A stretch of DNA of 64,000 bases from Camelus ferus (lineage: Eukaryota), in contig NC_045697.1 of NCBI RefSeq assembly GCF_009834535.1, positions 89,344,001 to 89,408,000 on the forward strand, in the 5' to 3' direction. The translations under genes and the position numbers were made by a program. Below are positions 50,884-62,929 of the stretch, one piece after another (position 1 is the stretch's first letter; the number at the start of each line of letters is the position of its first letter). Under the pieces are notes generated by a model. It saw only the letters and a program-made list of their open reading frames with translations. It did no database searches and was not told the DNA's origin.

Positions 50884-51534
50884 TCACAAGGAAATACAAG
50901 GATTAAATAGGTGTCTGAGAAATATGTGCTTTATGCCATCTCTGATGTTGCCCCATCTCAAATTAGTTAAAAAAAAATTCACTGCTGCAAATAAATCTGT
51001 TTGCTTCATTACTTGTATGGCTTCATAATTTTTAAGTATTTTAACAATTTGAAATATTAAGAAATATCAAATAGACATGTAATTCCATATTCTGTATTTT
51101 GAGTTTATGTTACTCATTTTCCATGTTTGTATATAAATATGGCTGAATAATATTAAACATGAAAATCTGTTATTGTGTATTTAATCAAAACCAACTCTTG
51201 AAGATTTGGTATACTTCAATTTTTGATATTTTCTATGATGCTGTACTGAACATATTTATGTGTTTGGATTTCTTCTATTTTAATGTGCTGCCTTTGGAAA
51301 TAATCCTGTAAATAAAAGTATTTTATTGAACAATATGACTTAAGATGCATGGCAAACTACCTTCAAATTTAGCATTGTGTATTTAGTAAAATATTAATAA
51401 TATTGTCAACTAGGTTTTATTAAATTCCATAATAATTTAGAATATTTATATAAATAAGAAAACAAATGCTAATATTGAGTACCCAGTCTGAACTGATTTG
51501 AATTTGTTTTATGTTTAAGTGAAGCATGGGTATT

Positions 51535-52015
51535 TTTTCTTTTTTTTAATAGACTTTATTCTTTTAGAGCAGTTTCAAGTTCACAACAGAGTTGAGCAGA
51601 ATATACAGAGTTCACACATAGCCCTCCCCACCCACACATGTATACTTTCCTACCCCCAACATCCCTCATCAGTGTGGCATATTTGGTACAACCAAAGAAC
51701 CAACATGGGCACATTATTATCAACCAAAGTCTATAGTGTACATTAAGGTTGACTCTTGATGTTGTACATTCTGTGTGTTCTGACAAAGGCATAATGACAT
51801 GTGCTCAATCTATTCATTCCTCTCTCCCTCCCTCTCCCCAAAACCCTGGAAACCATGATCTTTTTTTTGTTTCTGTGGCTGTGCCTTTACCAGAATGTCA
51901 TTTGGTTGGAATCGTACAGTTTGTAGCCTTTTCAGACTGGCTTCTTTCATTTAGTAATATATCTTTTAAGTTTCTTTCATGTCTTTCATGGCTTGATAGA
52001 TCTTTTTTTTTTTAC
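51535..52015 (-). mobile_element. L1MC1/2-like 3' UTR
   Basis: TAATAGACTTTATTCTTTTAGAGCAGTTTCAAGTTCACA...CCAAAGTCTATAGTGTACATTAAGGTTGACTCTTG...GCCTTTTCAGACTGGCTTCTTTCATTTAGTAATAT. Confidence 0.85.
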
Positions 52016-52129
52016 TGCACATACGTTTTTCGATTTACATATATGTACTGTTTATTGTTTCTAAGAACGTTTAGAGCTTTAGCTTTTTAAACTTACAAAG
52101 TTATCAAAGGAATAAAGCCAACCACAAAA

Positions 52130-52680
52130 TAAGAATTAACTCAAAAAGATACATACACCCTGTTATTAACAGCAAATATATATATTTATAATTGCCAAGA
52201 TATGGAAGCATCCTAAGTGCATATCAATAGTTGAATAGATAATGGAGATACAGTGTGTATGCACACACACACACACAGACACACACACGCACAATGGAAT
52301 ACAACTCACCAATTAAAAAGAAGGCTATTTTGCCATTTGCAGCCCTTCATTCACTTTTTTTTTCCACTTCAAAAACCAGAATTTTGTAACTGGTAGAAAC
52401 ATTTCCATTACATCAAAAACAACAAAATACCTAGAAATAAACTTAACCAAAGAGGTTGCCTATACACTGAAAACCAAAATGACACAAAGAAATGGAAATA
52501 TTTCTTGTGCTGTTGGATTGGAAGAATCAACACTATCAAAATGGCCACACTACCCAAAGCAATCCACAGATCCAAAGCAACCCCCATCAAAATACTTGTG
52601 ACATTCCTCACAGAACTAGAACAAACAATTCCAAAATTTATAAGGAACCACAAAAGACCCTGAACAGCCAAAGCAATCTT
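52130..52680 (+). mobile_element. Two plus-strand L1 ORF2 fragments in non-collinear order (52130-52343 ORF2 end; 52405-52680 post-RT region)
   Basis: TCAAAAAGATACATACACCC...TTGCCAAGATATGGAAGCATCCTAAGTG...TTTTGCCATTTGCAGC, then AAAATACCTAGAAATAAACTTAACCAAAGAGGT...GGATTGGAAGAATCAAC...CAGCCAAAGCAATCTT. Confidence 0.85.
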
Positions 52681-54574
52681 TTGTAGGTCTCTCTTTTTTT
52701 TTTTTTTTTTTTTCTCTTTCTTCTTTTTGTTCTCTTTTCTTATGGTTTGATGACTGGAGAAGTTCCTTTAACATTTGTTGTAAAGCTAGTTTGGTGGTGC
52801 TGAAATCTTCTAGCTTTTGTTTATCTGTGAAGTTTTTGATTTCTCCATCAAGTCTGAACGAGAGCCTTGCTGGATAGAGTATTCTTGGTTGTTAGTTTCC
52901 CCCTTGCATCGCTTTAAATATGTCGTGCCACTCCCTTCTGGCCTGTAGAGATTCTGCTGAAAGATCAGCTGATAACCTTATGGGAGTTCCTTCGTATGTT
53001 ATTAGTTGCTTTTCTCTTGCTAGTTTTAATATTTTCTCCTTATCCTGAATTGTTGTCGATTTGGTGACTGTGTGCCTTGGTGTGTTCCTCTTTGGGTTGA
53101 TTCTATGTGGTACTCTCTGTGCTTCCTGGACTTGGGTGACTGTTTCCTTTCCCAAGTTGGGGGAATTTTCAGTTATTATCTCTCAAAAATTTTCTCAGGT
53201 CCTTTCGCTCCCTCTTCTCTTTCTGGGACTCCAATAGTATGAATATTAGAGCGCTTCATGTTGTCTCAGAGTTCTCTTAGACTAACCTCATTCCTTTTTA
53301 TTCTTTTTTCTGTTCTGAAGTAGTGATTTCCACTAATCTGTCTTCTAGCTCACTGATCTGTTCCTCTGCCTCATTTACTCTGCTTCTTGGTTTCTTCTAG
53401 TGTATTGTTCATTTCAGTGATTTTATTCTTCAGCTCTGTTTGGATGTTCTTTATAGTTTCCAACTCTTTGCTAAAAACTTCACTCTGTTCATCTGTACTC
53501 CTCTTAAATTCTCTGAATGTCTTGGCCATCATTACTCTAAACTCTTTCTCAGATAAATTGCCTATCTCCTCATCACTTATTTCTTCTTCTGGGATTTTAT
53601 CTTGTGCCTTGGCCTGGTAGATATTCCTTTGCTGCCTCATATCATCTACCTTTCTGTGTGTTTGTGGACTCTTTGGGATTATTGTTTCCTTATTTCTAGT
53701 ATCTGCCCCTGCTGGATGAGGCTGGACTAGAGGCTTATGCAGGTTTCCTGGCAGGAGGAGCTGGTGCCTGCCCACTGCTAGGTGAAGCTTGGTCCTGGAC
53801 CTCTGGTGGGTAGGGCTGTGTCTAGAGGCCTTGTGGCTTAGGAAGTCTGCTGATGGGTGGGACTGTGTTCCCACCCTATATGTTGTTTGGCCTGAGGCTT
53901 CCCTACAGGTTGTTGGGTGGGTCTAGGTCTTGGTGCTAATGATCCAATCAAGAAGTCAGCCTCCAGGAAATCTCATGTAGATTAACAGCCCTGGAATGTC
54001 TGTCACCAGCTTTTATGTCCCCTGAGTTGGCGGCAGCCGTCCCCCACGTTCCCAGGAGACCCTCCAAATCAGGCAGGTCTAGCCCAGGTTGCTATTAAAT
54101 CACTGCCTCTGCCCTTGGACCTGGTGCATGTGAGTTTCTATGTACTTCTATGCATTTCTCAAGCAAATAGAGTCTCCGTTTCCCCTAGTCCCATGAGGCT
54201 CCTGGAGCCAAGCCCCTGTGGCCTTCAAAACCAGATGTCCTGGGGTCACCTTCTCTTCCCAATGCCGGGACCCGAGCTGGGGAGCCTGACGTGGGGCTTA
54301 GAGCTCTCACTCCTGTGGGAGGCCCTCTGCGACTTAACAGATTTTCAGCTCGTGGGTCGCCCATTCCGGGGTTGTGGGGCCCAATTATATCGTGAGCATG
54401 CCCCTCCTACCATCCTGCTGTGGTACCCGCTTTATGTTTCCAGTTGCAGAAGGTCTTTTTTGCTAGTTAAAGTCTTTTTTTAATGGTTGTTTAGCATTCA
54501 GTTGTGGTTTCACTATTGTCGCAAGGAGAGGAAGCTCGTGGTCCTGCCACTCTTGCCGTCTTGACCAGAACTCC
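52681..54574 (-). mobile_element. L1 5' portion (5' UTR, ORF1 and partly deleted inter-ORF)
   Basis: 5' terminus GGAGAGGAAGCTCGTGGTCCTGCCACTCTTGCCGTCTTGACCAGAACTCC, a GC-rich UTR, and ORF1p fragments in the ORF track. Confidence 0.92.
52755..53640 (-). pseudogene. L1 ORF1p pseudogene
   Basis: MRQQRNIYQAKAQDK...LSEKEFRVMMAK...ELKNKITEMNNTLE (coiled coil) and QVQEAQRVPHRINPKRNTPRH...KEKILKLAREKQLITYEGTPIRLSADLSAESLQARREW (RRM/CTD); frameshifted. Confidence 0.92.
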
Positions 54575-54922
54575 AACATGTGTATTTTTCATAACAGCTT
54601 TGAGGTCCTATATCCCTAGCTAATGAAAAATTCAATTTAGTTTTATTTTGAGGGCATTGTCCTTTCCTAGCTCTCTGTGGTTGTATACAGTGCGGTAATT
54701 TGGAGTAAACATCACTGGTCTTTAGTTTGTTATGGTCTTTCTCCACTGCCAGTGTCCATTATCTCAGCCAATTTGACCCACTCAGTTTTGCTAAAGTTAG
54801 CTACCATACTTCTACCTAAGCTTTTAAGGCCACCACATTCAGGGTTATACCTCTCTAAAACATGTATACCGCCCCCAGCAGAGCCCAGCCATCTTCTGCA
54901 ATGCTGAATTTTGTCACATTAC

Positions 54923-55462
54923 TGTATTAGAAATCCCCAAGACCACCTTCAAATTCAGTGATTCACTGGAAGGACTTACAAGACCCAGAAAATCATTATG
55001 CTAACAGTTACAACTTATTATAGAAAAAGGATACAGTTTGAAACCAGCAAAGGTGAAGGCACACAGGGCAGAGTCCCTAAAGGAGAGGCACACACTTCCA
55101 TGTGCTCTCTTCTGGTAGAATCTCAAAGACAGTGCTTAACCTGCCAGCAATGATGTGTGACAACATGTACCAAATATTGCCAAGCAGGGGAGTCTTCGTA
55201 TGCAGGATTTTTACCAGGAGTTGGTCGCTTATCCATGGTTGAACACCTGCATGGCTGATGGGAGTTAGTCTTCAGCCTCTGCAGAGAACAGACTGATACT
55301 TGGTAGCCCAAGGCTTCAGGAAAACAAAAACACTCTTCGCTGGCAGGATGGTCCAAACTGTTAGAGGTTACCTCCAGGAGCCCTTCAAGGGTTAAACCTT
55401 TCTTTCGAATATGCAGGGTGTCCACAGTCAAGGCATCCCTTCCTAAACAGTTACTCACTGTA
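54923..55462. mobile_element. Solo LTR, MER21C/MER77 group
   Basis: TCCCCAAGACCACCTTCAAATTCAGTGATTCACTGGAAGGACTTACA...AAAGGATACAG...CAGCAAAGG...CCAGCAATGATGTGTGACAACATGT. Confidence 0.8.
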
Positions 55463-56330
55463 CCTGTCCTACTCAAGTTCTTCAGTGTAGACGAGTCCTA
55501 TGCTTTCTTAGGGTATGGCTACTCCCGACTCCTTAAAAAGGCCCTGAAATTTAAAAAGTCAGAGGTTTTCTTTGAAAAATGTTACCTTCTTTACTCTCGA
55601 TAATGCAGGGAATTTCAAACCTTCAAAAACAAATAATTATAATGACTTCCCTGTCCTGTTTAAGGGGATCAAAGAAATAAATTCTCCTTCTTCCCAGATA
55701 CACTTAGAAGAAGAAAAAAAAAGACCCCTTTATAAGGTCATACTTCCACAGTTGAAATGTATTCCCAGAGACATCATGGTTATTTCGAAGTGCTACGTTA
55801 TGAGGTTACTTTGTCACACAGCAATAGTGATCATAACGTAACATCCAGATTTACACACATCATTAATAAATGAAATGTGAATCAGTTTATAACTGTGCTG
55901 TCCATTTAGATAGTCAGATTCTGCTACATAAACTAAAATATAGGTAGTTTAGAAAATATTAATAAGAATAAACAACATTGAAACCATATGTACTTAATGC
56001 AGATACAATTACGGATTTTCTACTGATCAATTCTTGGGGCTTCTTTTTTGTTTTTGTTTTTAATTTAAATATGTCACAAAGAAATAATTAATTTTTAAAA
56101 CAAAGTCCTTGCAAATATATGAGCACATATATTCATATAATAAACCCCATATTCCTCAACCACAAAGTTACCATTTGTTTATTTTGTTCTTTCACAGTTA
56201 CCTTTGAAAGCTGCAATTCATTTTATTTGTGTATTCTTCATGAGGTAGCCTATGCATATTCAAATATCTACCTCTATATTTTTTACATAAGTTTTAGTAA
56301 ACTGCATATTATAGTATAACTTGTTTCTTA

Positions 56331-56331
56331 C

Positions 56332-56362
<31 letters not shown>
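56331..56362 (+). repeat. (AT)n microsatellite, slightly interrupted
   Basis: Direct reading. Confidence 0.85.
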
Positions 56363-56994
56363 ATTATACAGCTATTTTTGTGTGTCTTGGTTTCTATTTT
56401 TATTTTGTTTATAGAATTTTAGCTTTGCCTTATTTTTAATGGTTCTGTAGTTAACTGTATTTTCTTTAATGAAATCTAGAATTTTTGGTCATGTTTGGTA
56501 CTCAAAGACCTTTCTAACTCTAATATAGAAATATTCCAAATAGAAGAAATATTAATATTCTTCAATTTGGATTTTTTCCCTTCTTACTTATTCCCACTTT
56601 TTAAAGACTCATTTGTGAGATATTCCCCGAAGGTCTACCAAGTTATAACAACCATTTATTTTCAAATATAGAATTTTCACTAATTTAAATTAAATTTTTA
56701 TCATATTTTAAAATACCATATATGCCTGTATCCGTTTATGAACTTGATAATTACCCTAATACACCTATGTATGTACGTCACAACAACTGCTTTAATTATG
56801 ACATTTTGTCTTATATTTTAATATCTGGGAGAGCTACTTGATGACTTTATTTTGATTTTTAGAACTTTCTAGGCTAAACAGGCTTGTTTATTTTTCCAAA
56901 TGAAATAGAGCAAAGGAAACATAGCTTACTAAATTTTTTAGTGAATATAGTGCCAAAGAAGCACACGCCTGGATTAAAAAGCTTTTTACAGTTC

Positions 56995-57612
56995 AGGTCT
57001 TAAACGTCAGGTCTCCCTAGATACCCTCACAGAAGTGGCCATGAAAACTGTATAGTCACAAAGGAATGTATACTACACAAAACTTACTTCAGGTGTGTCC
57101 CTGAAAATAATGGTTTAGAAAAATAAGTCTCCTAGAGTCCAGACACAAGGACCATGGAAAACATTGAGATAGCAAACTCTTCCCAGAGGACAGAATTTCA
57201 TCTTGGGAGATAGAGATAATGTCTCCTTCCATGGCAAAGAACAGATTCGTTTTCTCCTCCAGGATTAGAATTATATAGTATGTCGTTTTATTGTGATGGT
57301 ATAACAATGTCTCCCACTGGGGCAAAGGCTAGCAGCATTGGTATTAGTTTCATTGTAAGACTGGGAGTTTCATAAAACCAGAATTCCTCAGCTGAGATGA
57401 AGATTCACTGTGTGAACACATCAGGGGACTTGGGGTGTCAGTAGTAACTGATGCAAGCCCAAATCTCATGTTACCTGCTGTGCCGTGAGTGATATAGTTC
57501 TTTGTCTCGAACTCAGGATTCCTGTGATTTTTCTCATCATCAGTGACTATAGTGGAATAACTTGTTAGCTTAGAAGCAAAGTAAAATCCAAGATGCTGTA
57601 GAGTTTTTGATA
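56995..57612 (+). mobile_element. Solo LTR, MER74/MER73/MER54 group
   Basis: GATAATGTCTCCTTCCATGGCAAAG...CTGCTGTGCCGTGAGTGATATAGTTCTTTGTCTC...TAACTTGTTAGCTT...GTAAAATC; homologous to the proviral LTRs at 34 and 38 kb. Confidence 0.75.
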
Positions 57613-57784
57613 ACAATAACATCTTTTCAATATTAGGTCACCTGGACACTGAAAGCCATACTGGATCAGATCTGAAGAACCACACATCAAGTGACAAATC
57701 TGGACTTTACACTAGATGCAATTACTAGGGGAGAATTTGTGGTGTTACTATTGGTAAAAAGGTAAGTATGTTCTATTTGCATAG

Positions 57785-58195
57785 TTTATGAGATGAAGTG
57801 TGTTCCCCTCAAATTCATATTTTGAAGTCCTAACTCCCAGTATCTTATAATGTCACCTTATTTGGCAACAGGACTATTTCATATGTAATTAATTGAGATG
57901 AGGTCATTAGGATGGGTGCTAATCCAATGACTGTTACCTTTATAAAAAGAGGAATTTGGACACAAAGATATTCACCCAGGGAAAATGCTGTGTGAAGATG
58001 AAGGCAAGTTTTGGGCTGATGCTTCCTCAAGCCAAGAAATGTCAAAGACTGCCAGCAAACTACCAGAAGCTAGGAGAGGGCCATGTGACTGATTCTTATA
58101 CCAACACTTGATCTCAGACTTCTAGCTTCCAGACTGTGAGACAGTACATTGCTGTTGTGGCAGTAGTTTGTTACAGCAGCTCTAGCACACTAATA
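57785..58195 (+). mobile_element. MaLR LTR (MLT1B/C-like), probably nested in older MaLR sequence (~57630-58450)
   Basis: GTGTTCCCCTCAAATTCATATTTTGAAGTCCTAACTCCCAG...GATGAGGTCATTAGGATGGG...CAAGCCAAGAAATG...CCAGAAGCTAGGAGAG...TTTGTTACAGCAGC. Confidence 0.9.
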
Positions 58196-58998
58196 TCTGG
58201 AGGAAAAGGGTGAAATGGACATACGGAAGTCAGAAGAGCAGAGACTATAAATTGAATGTCCAAATGTGTCCTTTTATTTATAAGATGACATTGAAATTGC
58301 AAAACTGCATTCCCATTCCACCTTGTATCTGGTGGGGACAGGCATCTGAATTCTGGCTATTACAGTGCAGATGAAAAGGATAAAATACCACTCTCAAAAA
58401 AGCCTTTGACTCATTATCTTTCATGATTTTCTTCTTTCAATGGTAATCTTTGAAGCCATGTTTTAAAGAAAAAAAGAACCCCCTAAATTTTAAAATGCAT
58501 CTCTGAGGACAATTCATTTTGAAGTTTATTAGAGTGAGAACTGTGTTAAGTCACTGAGATTTTGTATTTTATCTGTTAAAGTAGCTAATGTTATCTTGAC
58601 CAATATATAATAACAGCTGATCATATTACACAGATTAATAATTTGGGAACATTTTGGAAAGTGTTGGGAAGATGGGTGAGTAAGGAGATATTGAACCTTT
58701 TTGTGTACTTCATTAGGTAGCATTAACTGTCCAATTTAATAAAACATACTTTGTTGGGTACCATATGTACTGAACGACATGAAACATACAGTTTTGTAGG
58801 TTAATTATCCAGATTTCCCTGAGGGAGCTGGGTACTAAGTGTGAGCTATGAAAATGCTAACTCTAAACACTTAATAGTCCAACATTTTCTGACATTAAAC
58901 TTAAACTGGTTTCTTGTAGTATTCCTCTAAAGAAATGTGTTTTATTAAAGATACTGATTTTCTGAGCACCAGCTATGAGCAAATACTTTATAGAGTTT

Positions 58999-59121
58999 GG
59001 AGTGGGATTATAGCTCAGTGGCAGAGCACATATTTGGCATGCTTGAGGTCCTGGGTTCAATCCCAGTGCTTCCATTAAGGGAAAAACTTTTTTTTTAATT
59101 AAATAAAATTATTTTAAAAAA
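58999..59121 (+). mobile_element. Camelid tRNA-derived SINE (Vic-1-like)
   Basis: GGATTATAGCTCAGTGGCAGAGCACATATTTGGCATGCTTGAGGTCCTGGGTTCAATCCCAGTGCTTCC plus an AT-rich tail; A box TAGCTCAGTGG, B box GGTTCAATCCC. Confidence 0.88.
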
Positions 59122-59296
59122 GATAAGCACTAAGATCCACTTCTAAAATGGAGGTATGAGGCGATCTGTACACTAGCTCCCCAGTAAAACAACCATTAAC
59201 TGGTACTTTTTTAAAATTTTTATTTCTTTAATAATCCATTACAAAAGAGTATATACTTAGATATCTTTGTCCACAGGTGGGCTTTGAATAGTTCAG

Positions 59297-59864
59297 TTTT
59301 TTTTTAATTTTATTTTTTATATAAGTGTAGTTGATTTATGATCTTAGTTTCAGGTATACAGCAAAGTGATGCAGTTATACATATATATGTACATATATAT
59401 ATATACACATATATTTTCAGATTCTTTTTGATTATAGCTTATTACAAAAATTGAATATAGCTCCCTATCCTATACAGTAGGTCCTTGTTGTTTATCGATT
59501 TTATATATAGTAGTATCTGTTAATCCCAAACTCCTAATTTATCCCCCAGCTTTCCCTTTGGTAATCATAGATTATTTTCTATGTCCATGAGTTGACTTCT
59601 GGTTTGTAAATAAATTTTGTAACTTTTTTTAGGTTCCTCATGTAAGTGATATCATATATATATTTATCTCTGACTTACTTCACTTAATATGATAATCTCT
59701 AGGTCCCTCTATGTTGTTGCAAATGACATTATTTCATTCCTTTCAATGGCTGAGTAATATTCCATTATATGTACACACACCCCCACACACCACATCTTTA
59801 TCCATTCATCTGTGGATGGACATTTAGGTTGTTTCCATGTCTTGGCTGTTGTATATAGTGCTGC
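59297..59864 (-). mobile_element. 5'-truncated artiodactyl-type L1 3' end
   Basis: Poly(T), then GTAGTTGATTTA...TTTCAGGTATACAGCAAAGTGAT...TTGAATATAG...TGACTTACTTCACTTAATATGATAATCTCTAGGTCC...GATGGACATTTAGGTTGTTTCCATGTCTTGGCT. Confidence 0.92.
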
Positions 59865-59868
59865 CGTT

Positions 59869-60513
59869 GTTGCTCAGACACCACTTCTGTACCCTGCTTA
59901 CCAAATTGAGACTCAAGGACAGAGTTTTGGATGAAATAGAAAAGGCAGCTTTTTTCTTTGACAGGCAGAGGAAGTCACAGTGGTCTAATGCTTCTAAAAC
60001 TGTGAGCCTTCTGGGAAGAGAAGGTGGGGGGTTTATAGTAAAAGTTCAAGAGTGTAAGAGGTGGAGGTAATTTCCATAGAGATCATATATAGGATAACAA
60101 ATTGTTGCAAAGTTGTTCTTGTTTTTACAGATCCCTTCCCTGTGCTGGGTACGAAGTTCACCTCTTGCTTTGGGACTCTCTTAATACTCTTGTTCCTAGA
60201 ACAAAGGATGCATAAGAAGGGGCTCCATGGAAAAGAGCTCTAAAGAAAAACTTGTATAGTTTAAAGTCAGATTGATAAATGCTTTTAGCCTTTTAAGCAG
60301 GCTGAGGCCTTGGACCTCCTACTGCAAGCTGAGGCCTGCAGCTTGAACAACAGGATACAAGGAAACCAGAAGGAGTCAAGAGGAGGACACTGGGGTCAGG
60401 AGCAGGGGGCTAGGGTCAGGAGCAGGACACTGAGCGTGATCCCTGCACACAGCACCCTGAAGGGGTTGGGTGGACAACCCATGCATTTCTCCTTTCTTGC
60501 CTAACCCTGGTCA
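59869..60513 (-). mobile_element. Probable lineage-specific ERV1-type solo LTR
   Basis: Block bounded by TGTTG...TCA that abruptly ends the L1. U3-like short direct repeats (GGGTCAGGAGCAGG twice, GCTGAGGCCT twice). A minus-strand TATAAA at ~60032-60037. Confidence 0.6.
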
Positions 60514-60974
60514 GCAAGAGCATAAGAAAAACCCTTTAAACCATTATACAAACACCATTACAGATATCAGGTAGTCACCAAAGACAATAGGGTCCTCCTT
60601 AGTTACACTAGGAAAAAGATATTGTCTTAAAGGCATACACCAAATAAAATATTTATTCAAGAAAACCTACATTTTTGTAAGAACAGAAACAGTCAGTGGC
60701 ACTTGATCCATGATCTGCTCCTTCTCCCCCAGCTCCACACATGAGTATGATATCTCTACTCTTGGTTGGTGCAGTGAAGAAAAGGGACTTCCTCTGCCTT
60801 TAGTTATCAGTCAGGTACTACAGTACCTTCCTGGAAGAGGAAGCAACCAGCAGTATCACTCTCCCAAGTTCCACGTTGTAGAGCTAAATTTCCAACAGGT
60901 GCAGCAGGGAGGCTGGGTCTTCCTTTCTCCACTTGGCTTTCCTCCTTCCATAGGGTGATGTTTCTACTGCAGGA

Positions 60975-61478
60975 GAGGCAGTTCCTCACAGGTTTAAACT
61001 TGGAGTTATCATATGACCCAGAATTTTTACACTTAGGTATATAACAACAGTATGTATAATAGCTCAAAAATGGAAAAGATCCAAATGTCCATTAACTGGT
61101 AAGTAGAAAAATAAAATGCTGTATTGATACATGCTGCAACATGAATGAACTTCAAAAAAATGATGTTGGGTTAAAGAATCCAGTCGCAAAAAGCTACGTA
61201 TTGTATGGTTCCATTATTAGAAAATATACAGAATAGGCAAACATAGAGACAGAGAGAGACGAGTGGATGGCTAGGACTGAGAGTGCTGGGGAAGGCTGAG
61301 AGACTGTTAATGGCTACAAGGCTTGTTTTGGGGTGATGGCAGCATTCTAAAATTGATTGTATTGATGGTTGCACGACTTTGAGAATATACTAAAGACCAT
61401 TGATTTTTCTACTTTAAATGTGTGAATTGCATGGTATATATGAATCAAATCTCAGTAAAGATGTTATATTTTTAAAAA
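60975..61478 (+). mobile_element. L1MB-like 3' end
   Basis: GAGTTATCATATGACCCAG...TTGATACATGCTGCAACATGAATGAAC...TTTTGGGGTGATG...GATGGTTGCACGACTTTGAGAATATACTAAA...TCTCAGTAAAGATGTT. Confidence 0.88.
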
Positions 61479-62599
61479 GGATAAACATAGCTCTCCAGAG
61501 GTTTGCACTCTATTGAGAAAAATATATTTGTAGGATCAATCAAAATTTGATAAGAGCCCTGAAACATTAATGAATAAACTAACACCATTGTACTAACTTG
61601 GTTGTGGAGGTGTTTCATTTGGGAAAATCAAATAAGAATTCATGTGAAAAGTGGAATCTGGACTTCAGAATGATATCCATAGGTATTGAATGTACATTGT
61701 GAAAAAACAGTGAGAAAACAGAAAAGATAAAGCATTTTCTAGAATGAAGTAGAATGTACAACAGAAGATTGGCTTTGAAAAATGCAACTTCTGACGTGCA
61801 AAGGAAATCAAATCATGGCAGGCCTTGGATGTCATGCTAACAAGTATGTTCAATACTCCAGCCTGAGAAAGTTTTTCAAAGGTTTAAGTAAAGTAGTCAA
61901 AAATGACTGTATCAGTTAATTGCAGTTCCTTGGTAAGAGAAATTTCTCACTTTTCAGTCACAGTTGTTAAGGGACTTTGGTCATTAGAGGTATACAATTT
62001 CTCAAGGTTGACTCGTTGTGAGGCTTCTATTTTATTCTCAACAAACAGTGCTTTGAAACATGACAGAGTTGGTCATCTTTCATGGTCAATGAGAAGAAAT
62101 TTTAGAGGGTAGTCTAAATGACAGGTAAAGAGACTGACAGATAATATATTACTACCATATTTATTTGTATTCTCCATTGGTCTTAAGGAATCTTAATTAT
62201 CTAGATTAAATGAAGTAAATTAAGTGATATAGAAAGTTCAGAAATGTTGATTACTTCCTAGGTTTTTACTTCACATCGGTTGCATGTTTTTGGAAAACTA
62301 AAAATTCTACACATTCAAATCAAGAAGCTTGATTTTTTTTTTTTAAACTGAGAAAATGCCACCCTAATGTAATATTATCCTGGCATATCAGCAAGAATGT
62401 GTAACATGAATTTCTCTGATCCAATGCCACACACTCTCCAAAGTTGTCTTGCAATTTCAATGTTTAGCTTCAAAATGTAAATATTATATTTTAATAGTGG
62501 CATTGTTATTATTATCTATTATTATTATGTGATTTCATTTTTATTGAACTATTTTTTATGGCTATGTGGGTGTTTTGAATAAAAATAGTCATAGAAATG

Positions 62600-62770
62600 A
62601 CAGCCAATTTAGAGATAGGATCTACCACACCCACCCTTGTCATTTTGTAGATGAAATTGAGACCAAGGGAGATTGTGAGCAACACATGGATTTCCTACAA
62701 TTTAGTGCCAAGCTGGGATTCAATTCAAACATCTTAATTCCTAGTTCAGTGACTTTCCTTATATACCATC
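62600..62770 (-). mobile_element. MIR SINE
   Basis: CATTTTGTAGATGAAATTGAGACC...AGTGCCAAGCTGGGATTCAATTCAAACATCTTAATTCCTAGTTCAGTG...ATATACCA. Confidence 0.75.
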
Positions 62771-62929
62771 CAATAGATTAGCTAACTATATTTTGGATAA
62801 TCATATAGGAAACCTCATAAAATTATGTGATGTGGTAATAAATGATTTCTATTTCTGGCTTGTCAAGGATTTGGACTGTATAGAACATAACAAGCCCCAA
62901 AGCCATTTATTATATTGTGCTATATGACA

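Noticed and set aside
52003..52056. Minus-strand AATAAA plus poly(A) as the tail of the scrambled L1
   Set aside because: The T run falls where the adjacent L1MC consensus is already T-rich, and no TSD matches the 54574 flank
58999..59075. tRNA-Ala-like gene
   Set aside because: Degenerate acceptor and anticodon stems, an AT-rich tail and a second related copy at 17.8 kb show it is a SINE
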